This document shows, in pieces, positions 39,847-49,031 of a stretch of DNA of 55,612 nucleotides. The position numbers were made by a program, and so were the translations under genes. Source of the stretch: Bacteroidia bacterium (lineage in GTDB: Bacteria > Bacteroidota > Bacteroidia > UBA4408). The notes below the pieces were generated by a model that was given only the letters and a program-made list of their open reading frames with translations, had not been told where the DNA came from and did no database searches. The stretch spans positions 1 through 55,612 of the forward strand of contig JBILPB010000004.1 in assembly GCA_044374175.1 (NCBI GenBank). The letters are read 5' to 3'. Every line of letters begins with the position of its first letter. Within the stretch, counting starts at the first letter, position 1.

Positions 39847-40335
39847 TCAAATAAGTAATTGAAGTTTATTGATGATACTTTCTTTCCCAATTAAATACGC
39901 CATTTCTATCGGCTCAATGGCATTCATATCAAATATTATTTGTTCGATATTTTCGGTATCTGCACCGCTTATTTCTAGGAAGTATGTTACCTTTTTTAAT
40001 TGTGGTTCTAGGTTAACACGGGTGCCTTTGTTTACAATTAAATAATAATCGCAAAAAAGTTGCTCATTAAAATATTTAAAAACATGATGTTCTGAATAAG
40101 CTGGTTCTTGCACAGATAAATTTTCTTGTGCCGAAAAAAGATCAGGTAAAACTTCCTTTTTATTTTTTTGAATGACATCAAATTTTAAATCAACACACCT
40201 GCTCAAATTAATTTGCAGTTGATTATTGATGTGCCAACATACTGTGTAGTCAGGTGCTGAAGAAATAATGCCAATAAGTATGCTTTCATTTGCTTCAGCA
40301 AAATCATCTAATTTATATTTGATGGTGGTTGACAT
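39847..40335 (-). CDS. IPExxxVDY-family-like protein
   Basis: LIGIIS..PDY.VCW.IN..L.I.L and YLIVNK...LEPQLKKVTYFL; sits upstream of pyk as is usual in Bacteroidota. Confidence 0.7.
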   Translation of the reverse strand: MSTTIKYKLDDFAEANESILIGIISSAPDYTVCWHINNQLQINLSRCVDLKFDVIQKNKKEVLPDLFSAQENLSVQEPAYSEHHVFKYFNEQLFCDYYLIVNKGTRVNLEPQLKKVTYFLEISGADTENIEQIIFDMNAIEPIEMAYLIGKESIINKLQLLI

Positions 40336-40474
40336 AGTTTATAAACACGAAGTAAATTAATTTTATTGGATAATGATGTAAAGACTTGTTAATTTAAAAT
40401 TAAATTTACTCATCCCTTTTTCTCAATAAATTCAATTACTTTGTGAATTATTACTCAATATATAATTAAACGCA

Positions 40475-41419
40475 ATGGATATTTTTTCGGCAAAAGATGT
40501 GGTAAAAAAGTACGATAAACATACTGCTCTTGATGGTGTAAGTATTAACGTTAAAAAAAATAGTATTTTCGGACTTCTTGGTCCTAATGGTGCGGGAAAA
40601 ACATCATTAATAAGAATTATCAATCAAATTACCGGCCCCGATAGTGGAGAATTATTTTTTAATGGCGAAAAACTGCAACAACACCATATTGAGCGCATAG
40701 GATATTTGCCTGAAGAAAGAGGCCTTTACAAAAAAATGGAAGTTGGTGAACAAGCGCTCTACCTGGCACGACTTAAAGGTTTAAGCAAACATGATGCTAC
40801 AAAAAGATTGAAATATTGGTTCGAAAAATTTGAGATAACAACCTGGTGGAATAAAAAAATAGAAGAGCTTAGTAAAGGTATGCAGCAAAAAGTACAATTT
40901 ATTGTTACTGTGCTGCACGAGCCCGAATTATTAATTTTAGATGAACCTTTTAGCGGCTTTGATCCTATTAATGCCAATCTAATTAAAAATGAAATTTTAG
41001 AATTAAAACAAAAAGGAACAAGTATTATTTTTTCGACACATAATATGGCTTCTGTAGAAGAACTTTGCGATGATATTGCTTTGATAAACCGCTCCAAAAA
41101 AATTCTTGAAGGAAGCGTAAAAGATATCAGAAAAGAACACAGAACAAATACTTACAAGGTGGAGTTCATAGGTAATATCATCTCTTTTACCAACGCCATT
41201 TGGACAGGTTGTGAATTATTAGAAAAGCATACCGAAGGAAACGTGAACATTGCAACAATTAAACTATTATATGATGCAACTCCAAATCAGTTGCTACAAG
41301 CTATAATGCCGCATGTTATGGTCAATGGTTTGCAAGAAATAATACCAAGCATGAACGATATTTTCATTTCAAAAGTGAGTAATGAAAAGTTACACAGCGA
41401 ATCAAATTTTACGGAATAA
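40475..41419 (+). CDS. ABC transporter ATP-binding protein (NatA-like)
   Basis: GPNGAGKT, YLPEERGLY, LSKGMQQK and LDEPFSG motifs. Confidence 0.95.
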   Translation: MDIFSAKDVVKKYDKHTALDGVSINVKKNSIFGLLGPNGAGKTSLIRIINQITGPDSGELFFNGEKLQQHHIERIGYLPEERGLYKKMEVGEQALYLARLKGLSKHDATKRLKYWFEKFEITTWWNKKIEELSKGMQQKVQFIVTVLHEPELLILDEPFSGFDPINANLIKNEILELKQKGTSIIFSTHNMASVEELCDDIALINRSKKILEGSVKDIRKEHRTNTYKVEFIGNIISFTNAIWTGCELLEKHTEGNVNIATIKLLYDATPNQLLQAIMPHVMVNGLQEIIPSMNDIFISKVSNEKLHSESNFTE

Positions 41420-41424
41420 ATTTA

Positions 41425-42762
41425 GTGTTAAAAAGCATAGCGATGAACAAGATATTATTAATCATACAAAGAGAATATTTAACAAGAGTAAAGAAAAAGT
41501 CATTTATTGTAATGACCATACTTGGGCCCATTTTAATGGTTGGATTAGTGTTTGCTCAATTTTGGATAAAGATGATTCCTGAAGAAAAGCAAAAGATTTT
41601 GGTAGTAGATGAATCTCAATTGTTTTTTAATAAATTAGAGAATACACCCAACCAGACTTTTTCTTATAGTAAAAATACTTTGGCCTTTGAACAGGGTAAT
41701 TTTTACAAAACAGATCATAATGTAATTTTATACATTCCTGCCAATATTATTGATTCTCAAAAGATACAAATATTTTACAAAAAGCAGCCAGGGCTTGGAA
41801 TGCAGGATTATATCAACACTATTGTAAGTAAGAAATTAGAAGAAATGAAGTTAATTGCTTCCGGCATACAAATCAATCAACTTAATTCCATTAAAACTAA
41901 GCTTAATTTAACCACAACCAAAATTGAAAAAAGTGGTGATTTTGAAACTAAAAATAATGAAGTAAGCATGGCCTTAGGCTTTGTGGCAGGTATACTCATT
42001 TACATTTTTATTTTTTTGTATGGTGCGCAAGTTATGCGTGGTGTTATTGAAGAAAAAACAAGCAGAATTGTTGAAGTAATTATTTCTTCTGTAAAGCCCT
42101 TTGAATTAATGATGGGGAAAATTGTAGGCATTGCGGCTGTTGGCTTAACGCAGTTTTTACTATGGATTATTTTAAGTGCAGTTGGTACAAGTTTAGTAGG
42201 CAATTTTTTTATTAAAGACAAGGTTAATGTTGACCAAATGGAACAAACATTTAAAACCAATATGCCTCAAAAAGCTGCCTTCAAAGAAATGTCATCTGAT
42301 AATAAAGCTGAAATTATGGATTCATTTTTCGATCAGGTAAATTTACCAATTATGCTTTTCTCTTTTCTGTTTTATTTTTTAGGTGGTTATTTGTTATATG
42401 GTGCACTATTTGCTGCTGTTGGTTCAGCGGTAGATAATGAGGCAGATACCCAGCAATTTATGATTCCTTTGACGATCCCATTAATTTTATCTTTTACATT
42501 AGCACAAAATGTAATGACAAATCCAGAAAGTTCACTGGCTTTTTGGTTGTCGGTGTTCCCGCTTACAAGCCCAGTAATTATGATGGTTCGAATACCATTT
42601 GGGGTACCCTATTTTGAGTTAATATTTTCTATGTTGATGCTTGTGCTTGGTTTTATTTGTGCAACCTGGGTTTCAGCCAAAATATATAGAACTGGAATTT
42701 TAATGTATGGTAAGAAAAGTACTTACAAAGAACTATGGAAGTGGCTATTTTATAAAGGATAG
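41425..42762 (+). CDS. ABC-2 permease (NatB-like)
   Basis: REYLTRVKKKSF, EEKTSRIVEVIISSV and multiple TMs; likely start ATG 41443. Confidence 0.92.
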   Translation: MLKSIAMNKILLIIQREYLTRVKKKSFIVMTILGPILMVGLVFAQFWIKMIPEEKQKILVVDESQLFFNKLENTPNQTFSYSKNTLAFEQGNFYKTDHNVILYIPANIIDSQKIQIFYKKQPGLGMQDYINTIVSKKLEEMKLIASGIQINQLNSIKTKLNLTTTKIEKSGDFETKNNEVSMALGFVAGILIYIFIFLYGAQVMRGVIEEKTSRIVEVIISSVKPFELMMGKIVGIAAVGLTQFLLWIILSAVGTSLVGNFFIKDKVNVDQMEQTFKTNMPQKAAFKEMSSDNKAEIMDSFFDQVNLPIMLFSFLFYFLGGYLLYGALFAAVGSAVDNEADTQQFMIPLTIPLILSFTLAQNVMTNPESSLAFWLSVFPLTSPVIMMVRIPFGVPYFELIFSMLMLVLGFICATWVSAKIYRTGILMYGKKSTYKELWKWLFYKG

Positions 42763-42826
42763 TATTTTGAATTTTAAATGTTAGAATTTTTATTTTAACT
42801 TTGATTTATTCACAGCTAACATAAGT

Positions 42827-43750
42827 ATGCGCATTGCGGTTATAGATTTAGGTACAAACACATTTAATTTGGTCATAGCCGATCATAATAAATCGCATTA
42901 TACAATCATTCATCAGGATAAATTTCCAGTGAAGTTGGGCGAAGGTGGTATCAATCAAAACATCATTCAACCAGTCCCTTTTTGGCGAGGAATTGATAAT
43001 ATTGAAAAGATACTTTCAATCATTAAATCATATAGTGTAAACAAGATTTACGCCTTTGCTACTTCCGCTATCAGAGATGCCGCTAACGGAAGTCAACTTG
43101 TTTCTACCATTTATAAATTATTTCAATTAAAGATAAATGTAATTACCGGAAATAAGGAGGCTGAATTAATTTATTTGGGCGTAAAATCGGGATTGAGCAT
43201 AGGTAAACAAAACGTACTAATTATGGATATTGGAGGAGGAAGTACAGAGTTTATCATTGCCAACGAAGAGGAGATATTTTGGAAGAAAAGTTACAAATTG
43301 GGGGCTGCGCGTTTATTGTGTAAGTTTGATCCAATGGAACCTATCACAAAACAATGTGTTGAAGCTATCGAATTGTATTTAACAGAAGTATTAAAAACGC
43401 TTACAAAGGCCCTTAAAAAGTTTAAAGTACATGAACTAATTGGCTCCTCAGGTTCGTTTGATACCTTTGCTGAAATGATTTGTCATCAGTACTATTCGCC
43501 CGATTTGTTGGAAGGCAAAACGAGCTTTGATTACAGAATTAATGATATGTTAGATATTCATCAACAGCTTTTAATTTCTACCAAAGCCGAACGTTTAAAA
43601 ATGAATGGGCTCATTGCGATGAGAGTTGATATGATAGTAATTGCCTCTATTTTTACGCAATTTGTGATAAAAAAATATCAAATAGAAAAGGTGCGTCTTT
43701 CTACCTATTCATTAAAAGAAGGTGTATTATATAAAATGATTCAGAAATAA
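42827..43750 (+). CDS. ppx: Ppx/GppA-family exopolyphosphatase
   Basis: IDLGTNT, ATSAIRDA, EAELI, DIGGGSTE and LKEG motifs. Confidence 0.93.
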   Translation: MRIAVIDLGTNTFNLVIADHNKSHYTIIHQDKFPVKLGEGGINQNIIQPVPFWRGIDNIEKILSIIKSYSVNKIYAFATSAIRDAANGSQLVSTIYKLFQLKINVITGNKEAELIYLGVKSGLSIGKQNVLIMDIGGGSTEFIIANEEEIFWKKSYKLGAARLLCKFDPMEPITKQCVEAIELYLTEVLKTLTKALKKFKVHELIGSSGSFDTFAEMICHQYYSPDLLEGKTSFDYRINDMLDIHQQLLISTKAERLKMNGLIAMRVDMIVIASIFTQFVIKKYQIEKVRLSTYSLKEGVLYKMIQK

Positions 43751-43756
43751 AAATAT

Positions 43757-44917
43757 ATGACTAAAGTTTTAATTATTGATGATGAGAAGCCAATCAGGAA
43801 TGCACTACGTGATATTCTTGAATATGAAAAAATGCAGGTTGATGAAGCTGCAACTGGAACTGACGGATTGCAAAAGCTTGAAAAAGAGAAATACGATTTG
43901 GTGTTGTGTGATATAAAAATGCCCGGTATTGATGGTATTGAAGTACTTGAAAAAATTATGGAAAGTGGATATGCCACACCAGTGGTAATTATTTCGGGAC
44001 ATGGCAATATTGAAACAGCGGTTGAAGCTGTGAAGAAAGGTGCCTTTGATTTTATTGCAAAGCCCTTGGATTTAAATCGTTTGTTGGTTACGGTTAGAAA
44101 TGCACTTGATAAGTCGATTATTGTCAATGAAAACAAAGTACTTAAAAAGAAAATAAGTAAAACCTTTGAAATGGTTGGTAATTCAGTAGCCATCAACGAA
44201 ATCAAGGAAATGATTGAAAAGGTTGCTCCAACAGATGCGCGTGTACTTATAACAGGTGGAAACGGCACTGGAAAAGAGTTGGTTGCACGCTGGTTACATG
44301 AAAAAAGCAATAGAAGTAAATTTCCTATTGTAGAAGTAAACTGTGCGGCTATTCCATCAGAATTAATAGAAAGTGAATTATTTGGTCACGAAAAAGGAGC
44401 TTTTACATCGGCAGTTAATCAGCGAAAAGGCAAATTTGAATTGGCCGAGGGTGGCACTTTATTTTTAGATGAAATTGGAGATATGAGTTTGTCGGCTCAA
44501 GCAAAAGTTTTAAGAGCCTTGCAAGAGAATAAAATTGCAAGGGTAGGAGGCGAAAAAGAGATTAAAGTAAATGTTAGAGTGGTTGCGGCTACCAACAAAA
44601 ATTTAAAAGAAGAAATACAAAAAGGAAACTTCAGGGAAGATTTATTCCATCGTTTAAGTGTTATTCCTATTCATGTTCCGTCCTTAAATCAAAGAACAGA
44701 AGACATTCCTTTGTTGACTGAACACTTTGTAAAATTATTGAGCGATGAGCATGGTATACCTCCAAAAAAGTTTACTAAAGAAGCCATTACAGCACTTCAA
44801 AAGATAGATTGGACGGGGAATATACGAGAATTTAAAAACGTTATCGAACGTTTATTAATTCTATGCGATAAAGTTATTTCAGATAAAGATATAAAACAAT
44901 ACGCCAGTAAAAATTAG
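43757..44917 (+). CDS. Sigma-54-interaction-domain response regulator (NtrX-like), no C-terminal HTH
   Basis: REC (IDDE, DIKMP), GGNGTGKE, ELFGHEKGAFTSA, LFLDEIG and WTGNIRE motifs. Confidence 0.93.
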   Translation: MTKVLIIDDEKPIRNALRDILEYEKMQVDEAATGTDGLQKLEKEKYDLVLCDIKMPGIDGIEVLEKIMESGYATPVVIISGHGNIETAVEAVKKGAFDFIAKPLDLNRLLVTVRNALDKSIIVNENKVLKKKISKTFEMVGNSVAINEIKEMIEKVAPTDARVLITGGNGTGKELVARWLHEKSNRSKFPIVEVNCAAIPSELIESELFGHEKGAFTSAVNQRKGKFELAEGGTLFLDEIGDMSLSAQAKVLRALQENKIARVGGEKEIKVNVRVVAATNKNLKEEIQKGNFREDLFHRLSVIPIHVPSLNQRTEDIPLLTEHFVKLLSDEHGIPPKKFTKEAITALQKIDWTGNIREFKNVIERLLILCDKVISDKDIKQYASKN

Positions 44918-44932
44918 GCTAATTATTTAGTG

Positions 44933-45163
44933 CTATTTTTCTGTACAACTTACTGTTGCTCCATTATCAGCAGATGCATCAGCATTTACTTTTTGACGAT
45001 AATTGTCTAATTCTTTTTTGTTACCACATTGCTCAGGATAATTTCTTGCAGAATCTTTTCCCAAATACTTATAAGAATAAGAACAAGTACTGCACTTGGT
45101 ACATGATGCAAATAGCATAGAAGTAATTACTGCTGAGGCAAAAAATGTAAATATGTTTTTCAT
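44933..45163 (-). CDS. Small Cys-rich lipoprotein, paralog 3
   Basis: Lipobox LFASC then TKCSTC-x18-C-x26-C; own TATTTTTG box at 45181-45188. Confidence 0.8.
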   Translation of the reverse strand: MKNIFTFFASAVITSMLFASCTKCSTCSYSYKYLGKDSARNYPEQCGNKKELDNYRQKVNADASADNGATVSCTEK

Positions 45164-45227
45164 TGCTGATAAATTTGTTTCAAAAATAATTTATAAAATT
45201 GAATAATATTGAACTTGTTTTATGTTA

Positions 45228-45461
45228 TTAAAAAAGGGTAGTTTTTCTTTCGGTACACTGTATTTTATTGTTTGGGTTAACAATACTTTCTATGTATTTG
45301 CGATAATCATCGATTACTTTTTTCTTACCACACGTCTCAGGCCATTGCAATACTTTTTTTCCTGCACTGTTAAACTCGGTGCATTCAACACACTTATGAC
45401 AGGCAGTATTTAAGAATATGGATAATGTGATGGCTAAAAAAGCGAGTGATTTATGTTTCAT
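45228..45461 (-). CDS. Small Cys-rich lipoprotein, paralog 2
   Basis: Start moved to MKHKS (TAATG overlap with the upstream stop); NTAC then HKCVEC-x16-C-x24-C. Confidence 0.8.
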   Translation of the reverse strand: MKHKSLAFLAITLSIFLNTACHKCVECTEFNSAGKKVLQWPETCGKKKVIDDYRKYIESIVNPNNKIQCTERKTTLF

Positions 45462-45685
45462 TATTTGTCTTTGTCTATACAAGTGGACGATGTGCCTTTG
45501 CTTTGTGCTTCATCGGAAACTGATTTTTTAAAAGCATCTATATCTTTTGATCTTTTACTGCAATAATCTCCAGAATAGGGATTTGGATAACCTGGAGCTT
45601 GGTAAGTGCAACTAACACATTTTTCACATGAACTAAAAAGCATTGAGCTTACTCCTAGTATTACAATTAATTTTATTATTTTCAT
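45461..45685 (-). CDS. Small Cys-rich lipoprotein, paralog 1
   Basis: MKIIK...LFSSC then EKCVSC-x15-C-x26-C. Confidence 0.8.
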   Translation of the reverse strand: MKIIKLIVILGVSSMLFSSCEKCVSCTYQAPGYPNPYSGDYCSKRSKDIDAFKKSVSDEAQSKGTSSTCIDKDK

Positions 45686-45851
45686 ATTCAATATTAATTT
45701 CGTGGCTAAAATAGAAAAAACAATTAAATAAATCCTATTTTTAAGTTTAATTTATTCATAATGACTTCTAAATTGTTGATTTAGTTGCTTATTTAATTAA
45801 ATTAAGTTTATTTACTTTATTTGAAATCATTCCTCTGGTAATGCTTTCTTA

Positions 45852-46148
45852 TTAATTTCTGAATAACTTTTTATCGGCATAAAAGGTTCCAAAAGGAATA
45901 ATTGATGCTAAAAAAGCCCAAAATGTTTTCATCATGGGCCATTTTTCTTGCATGGCTACTTTGATTACTAATAAAATGTATAACACAAACAAAATGCCAT
46001 GTGCCATTCCAATTACTTTATTGGGCCCTTTGATATCACACATGTATTTTAATGGCATGGTGATGGCAAAAAGCAAATAGGAACATCCTTCGGTAAAGGC
46101 TATAATTCTTAGTTTTCCAAGCCATGTTTGAGATAATTCTTTTAGCAT
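45852..46148 (-). CDS. DUF3817-family membrane protein
   Basis: RIIAF.EG.SY..L...MPLKY...GMAHG.LF..Y...ASIIPFGTF pattern. Confidence 0.85.
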   Translation of the reverse strand: MLKELSQTWLGKLRIIAFTEGCSYLLFAITMPLKYMCDIKGPNKVIGMAHGILFVLYILLVIKVAMQEKWPMMKTFWAFLASIIPFGTFYADKKLFRN

Positions 46149-46263
46149 ATATCGTATTATTTTTGGCCAAAGTTAATACAAGAACTGGTATTGTAAAAGC
46201 TATTTTTTTAGCACAGAACTTTTGCTTAAAATAGTAGTAGTAATTTAAAATGATTGAATGTTG

Positions 46264-46695
46264 TTACATGTACCTAATTTTCATTTTGGTTTTGTTCAAC
46301 ACTTGTTTATTAATTTGAAGTTTAAAGGCTTCAAACTTTGGCTTTGTAAAGCCTGAATGATAATAATTCGAGAAACCAAAACCTTCTTGAGGAATGCCTA
46401 AAAAACTATACTTCATTTTGCTATCATTGTTTTCATCATACAATAAGGCAAATCCATAAACCCCTTCTTCTAAATTAAATTTAGCAATTAAATGCTCATT
46501 GTGCATTTCTTTTTTATCGAATTTTTTTGAGGTAAATGGTTTTTCTTTTTCAAAACTAGCTTGGTCCTTAAAAACAGAAATGATTATAAACCCTCTGTTA
46601 TTTCTAATGCCTGAAACGTTTACTTCAACATTTTGTGTTAATTCTGTCGATGTAAAAATAGAAAGAATAATTAATGCAAAGTGAGTGATGATCAT
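46264..46695 (-). CDS. DUF2141-family protein
   Basis: G.Y..A..DEN...KM....LGIPQEGFGFSN...P.FE pattern. Confidence 0.85.
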   Translation of the reverse strand: MIITHFALIILSIFTSTELTQNVEVNVSGIRNNRGFIIISVFKDQASFEKEKPFTSKKFDKKEMHNEHLIAKFNLEEGVYGFALLYDENNDSKMKYSFLGIPQEGFGFSNYYHSGFTKPKFEAFKLQINKQVLNKTKMKIRYM

Positions 46696-47345
46696 AGGAG
46701 AAATTTATGTTGCAATGTCTTGTTTATATAAAAAACTAAAATTCAATAACAAAAATAATTAAGCTTCCCTTCCAAATTAGCTCAAGTTAAAAATCCATAA
46801 ATTAGCATTGTTGAGCTACTTGGTTCTTCCATTTACTATTTTATCAAATTCTATATCTTTGAGCTCACAGAGTGCAATTTTATTGCCTTAGGCCATCAAT
46901 TAATACCCTTTGTATTTGATAAATAGCCCAAAGCTATTTAATAAAATTACAATAGCTAATGCCGATATAACAAAATATAGTTCAATAAAATTTGACTATT
47001 TATTTTGTATAATCGGTATAATGAACAAATTTTCAATAATCAAATCGCTCAATTTCATTTGTTAATGCTATACCTTTCTGTTTCATAATTTCAACATTAA
47101 GCATAAAGACCACACCATTTGTTCCAAGAATAAAAAGTGCAAATTTTAATTTATTAGCCATTTAATACAGTTTAACGTCATAAAAATAATAATTTTTAAT
47201 GATTTACTTTAACAGGTAAATTTCACTAAAATACCTCTTTTACAATTCAGTGAGCCTCAAACACTCAATATAATAAATAAATTTCAAAAATTAGATTTTA
47301 ATTTTAAAATAGAAATTACGAACTTTAAACATTAATTTATTTAGT

Positions 47346-49019
47346 GTGACAATATTCAATTTTTGGCAAATATTAGCTGGCTTAAGCCTATTTTTATATG
47401 GTATGTTTCACTTGGAGGATTCCTTGAAACAGCAGGAGGGAAGAGCGTTTAAACTATTTCTTAAAAAGCACACTAAAAATAAACTCAGCGCTATTTTTAG
47501 TGGAACTTTTGTTACTGCTATCTTACAAAGTAGCTCAATTGTAAATCTAATGGTTTTATCATTTGTTGGTGCCGGAATACTGAGTATGCGCAATGCAATT
47601 GGTGTAGTACTTGGCGCAAATATTGGGGGTACCGTTAACAGTTGGCTGGTTGCTTTGCTTGGTTTTAAAGTTGATATGGGAGAAGCAACCTTACCAATAA
47701 TTGGTATTGCGGGCATAGGATTAGTGATTTTTAAAAGCAATAAAAACTATTACAATTTATGTAGGTTTTTTTTAGGGTTTGGCTTATTGTTTATGGGCCT
47801 CGATTACATGAAACAAAGTATGGATACTGCTATTCTAAACTTTGATTTTAAGCCTTTTCTAAAGTATCACAAAATTGTATTTTTATTGATTGGCTTTGCA
47901 ATAACAGCTTTAATTCAAACAAGTGCTGCCACCATTGTCATCGTTTTGAGTGCACTCCATGCAAAAATAATTCCTATCGAAACTGCGGTGGCTGTTGTTT
48001 TAGGGGCCGAATTAGGCACAACATTAAAAATAATTATTGGCGCAATTGGTGGTATTGGGGCTAAAAAAAAGGTGGCATTGAGTAATGTAATTTTTAATTT
48101 AGTAAGCACTCTTTTAGGTTTTGTTTTGCTAAGTACAATTGTTAAATTTCTTGAACAAATCATTGGCATCAAAGACCCGCTTATTATCCTGGTGGCCTTT
48201 CAATCTTTTGTGAATATTGCTGGTGCTATTTTATTTTATTTTTTCTTAAATCAATTAGGCGATTTTTTGGAGAAAAGCTTTGTGAAAAGCGAAAAGTACG
48301 CTACTGTGTTTTTAAAAAATGCTTCTCCTGATATACCTGATACGGCAACAGAGATATTTGAAAAAGAAGTAGAAGTATTTATTCAAAGGGTATTATTAAT
48401 CAATGAAGAAATTTTTCTAATGCATGAAATCAAAGGCAATGCTTATTTTGAAACCCAAAATAAATTACTTTTTGAAACTACTTTAACCATATTAGAAAAA
48501 TACAATTTAATTAAAAGAGCTGAAGGTGAGATGCAGCAATTTTATGCACGCTTATTAAACGAAAATATTGATAATAAAATTTTGAATAGAATAAATCAAT
48601 TACTATCAGCAGTCAGGAGCGCCTTGTTTGCAGCCAAGAGCTTGAAAGACGTTAATCCAAATATAAAAGACTTCAGTAATTCAACCAACGAAATTAAATA
48701 CAATCGCTTTAAAGAATTTCAACTAGCTATCTATAAATTTAATACTTCTTTTAATGATATACTTTTGGATAAAAATAAGGTAAACGCTGCAGAGCGACTC
48801 CAAAAAATGCTCAGTAAAGTTGAACAAGACTATCAAAAAAATATTATAAAAACCTACCATCAAGTAAGCAAAGGAGCATTAACAGAAATGGCCATTTCTA
48901 ATGACTTTAATCTCAATAAAGAAGTTCACGATTCATGTAAATCACTTATCCTGTCGGCTAAAAACTTTTTGCTAAGTGAAAATGAAATTGCCGAATTTAA
49001 CAATACAACAACAAAATAG
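47346..49019 (+). CDS. Na/Pi cotransporter family protein
   Basis: Duplicated TAILQSSS...GANIG / TALIQTSAA...GAELGTT repeats plus a helical PhoU-like tail. Confidence 0.9.
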   Translation: MTIFNFWQILAGLSLFLYGMFHLEDSLKQQEGRAFKLFLKKHTKNKLSAIFSGTFVTAILQSSSIVNLMVLSFVGAGILSMRNAIGVVLGANIGGTVNSWLVALLGFKVDMGEATLPIIGIAGIGLVIFKSNKNYYNLCRFFLGFGLLFMGLDYMKQSMDTAILNFDFKPFLKYHKIVFLLIGFAITALIQTSAATIVIVLSALHAKIIPIETAVAVVLGAELGTTLKIIIGAIGGIGAKKKVALSNVIFNLVSTLLGFVLLSTIVKFLEQIIGIKDPLIILVAFQSFVNIAGAILFYFFLNQLGDFLEKSFVKSEKYATVFLKNASPDIPDTATEIFEKEVEVFIQRVLLINEEIFLMHEIKGNAYFETQNKLLFETTLTILEKYNLIKRAEGEMQQFYARLLNENIDNKILNRINQLLSAVRSALFAAKSLKDVNPNIKDFSNSTNEIKYNRFKEFQLAIYKFNTSFNDILLDKNKVNAAERLQKMLSKVEQDYQKNIIKTYHQVSKGALTEMAISNDFNLNKEVHDSCKSLILSAKNFLLSENEIAEFNNTTTK

Positions 49020-49031
49020 GAATAAAATAAA

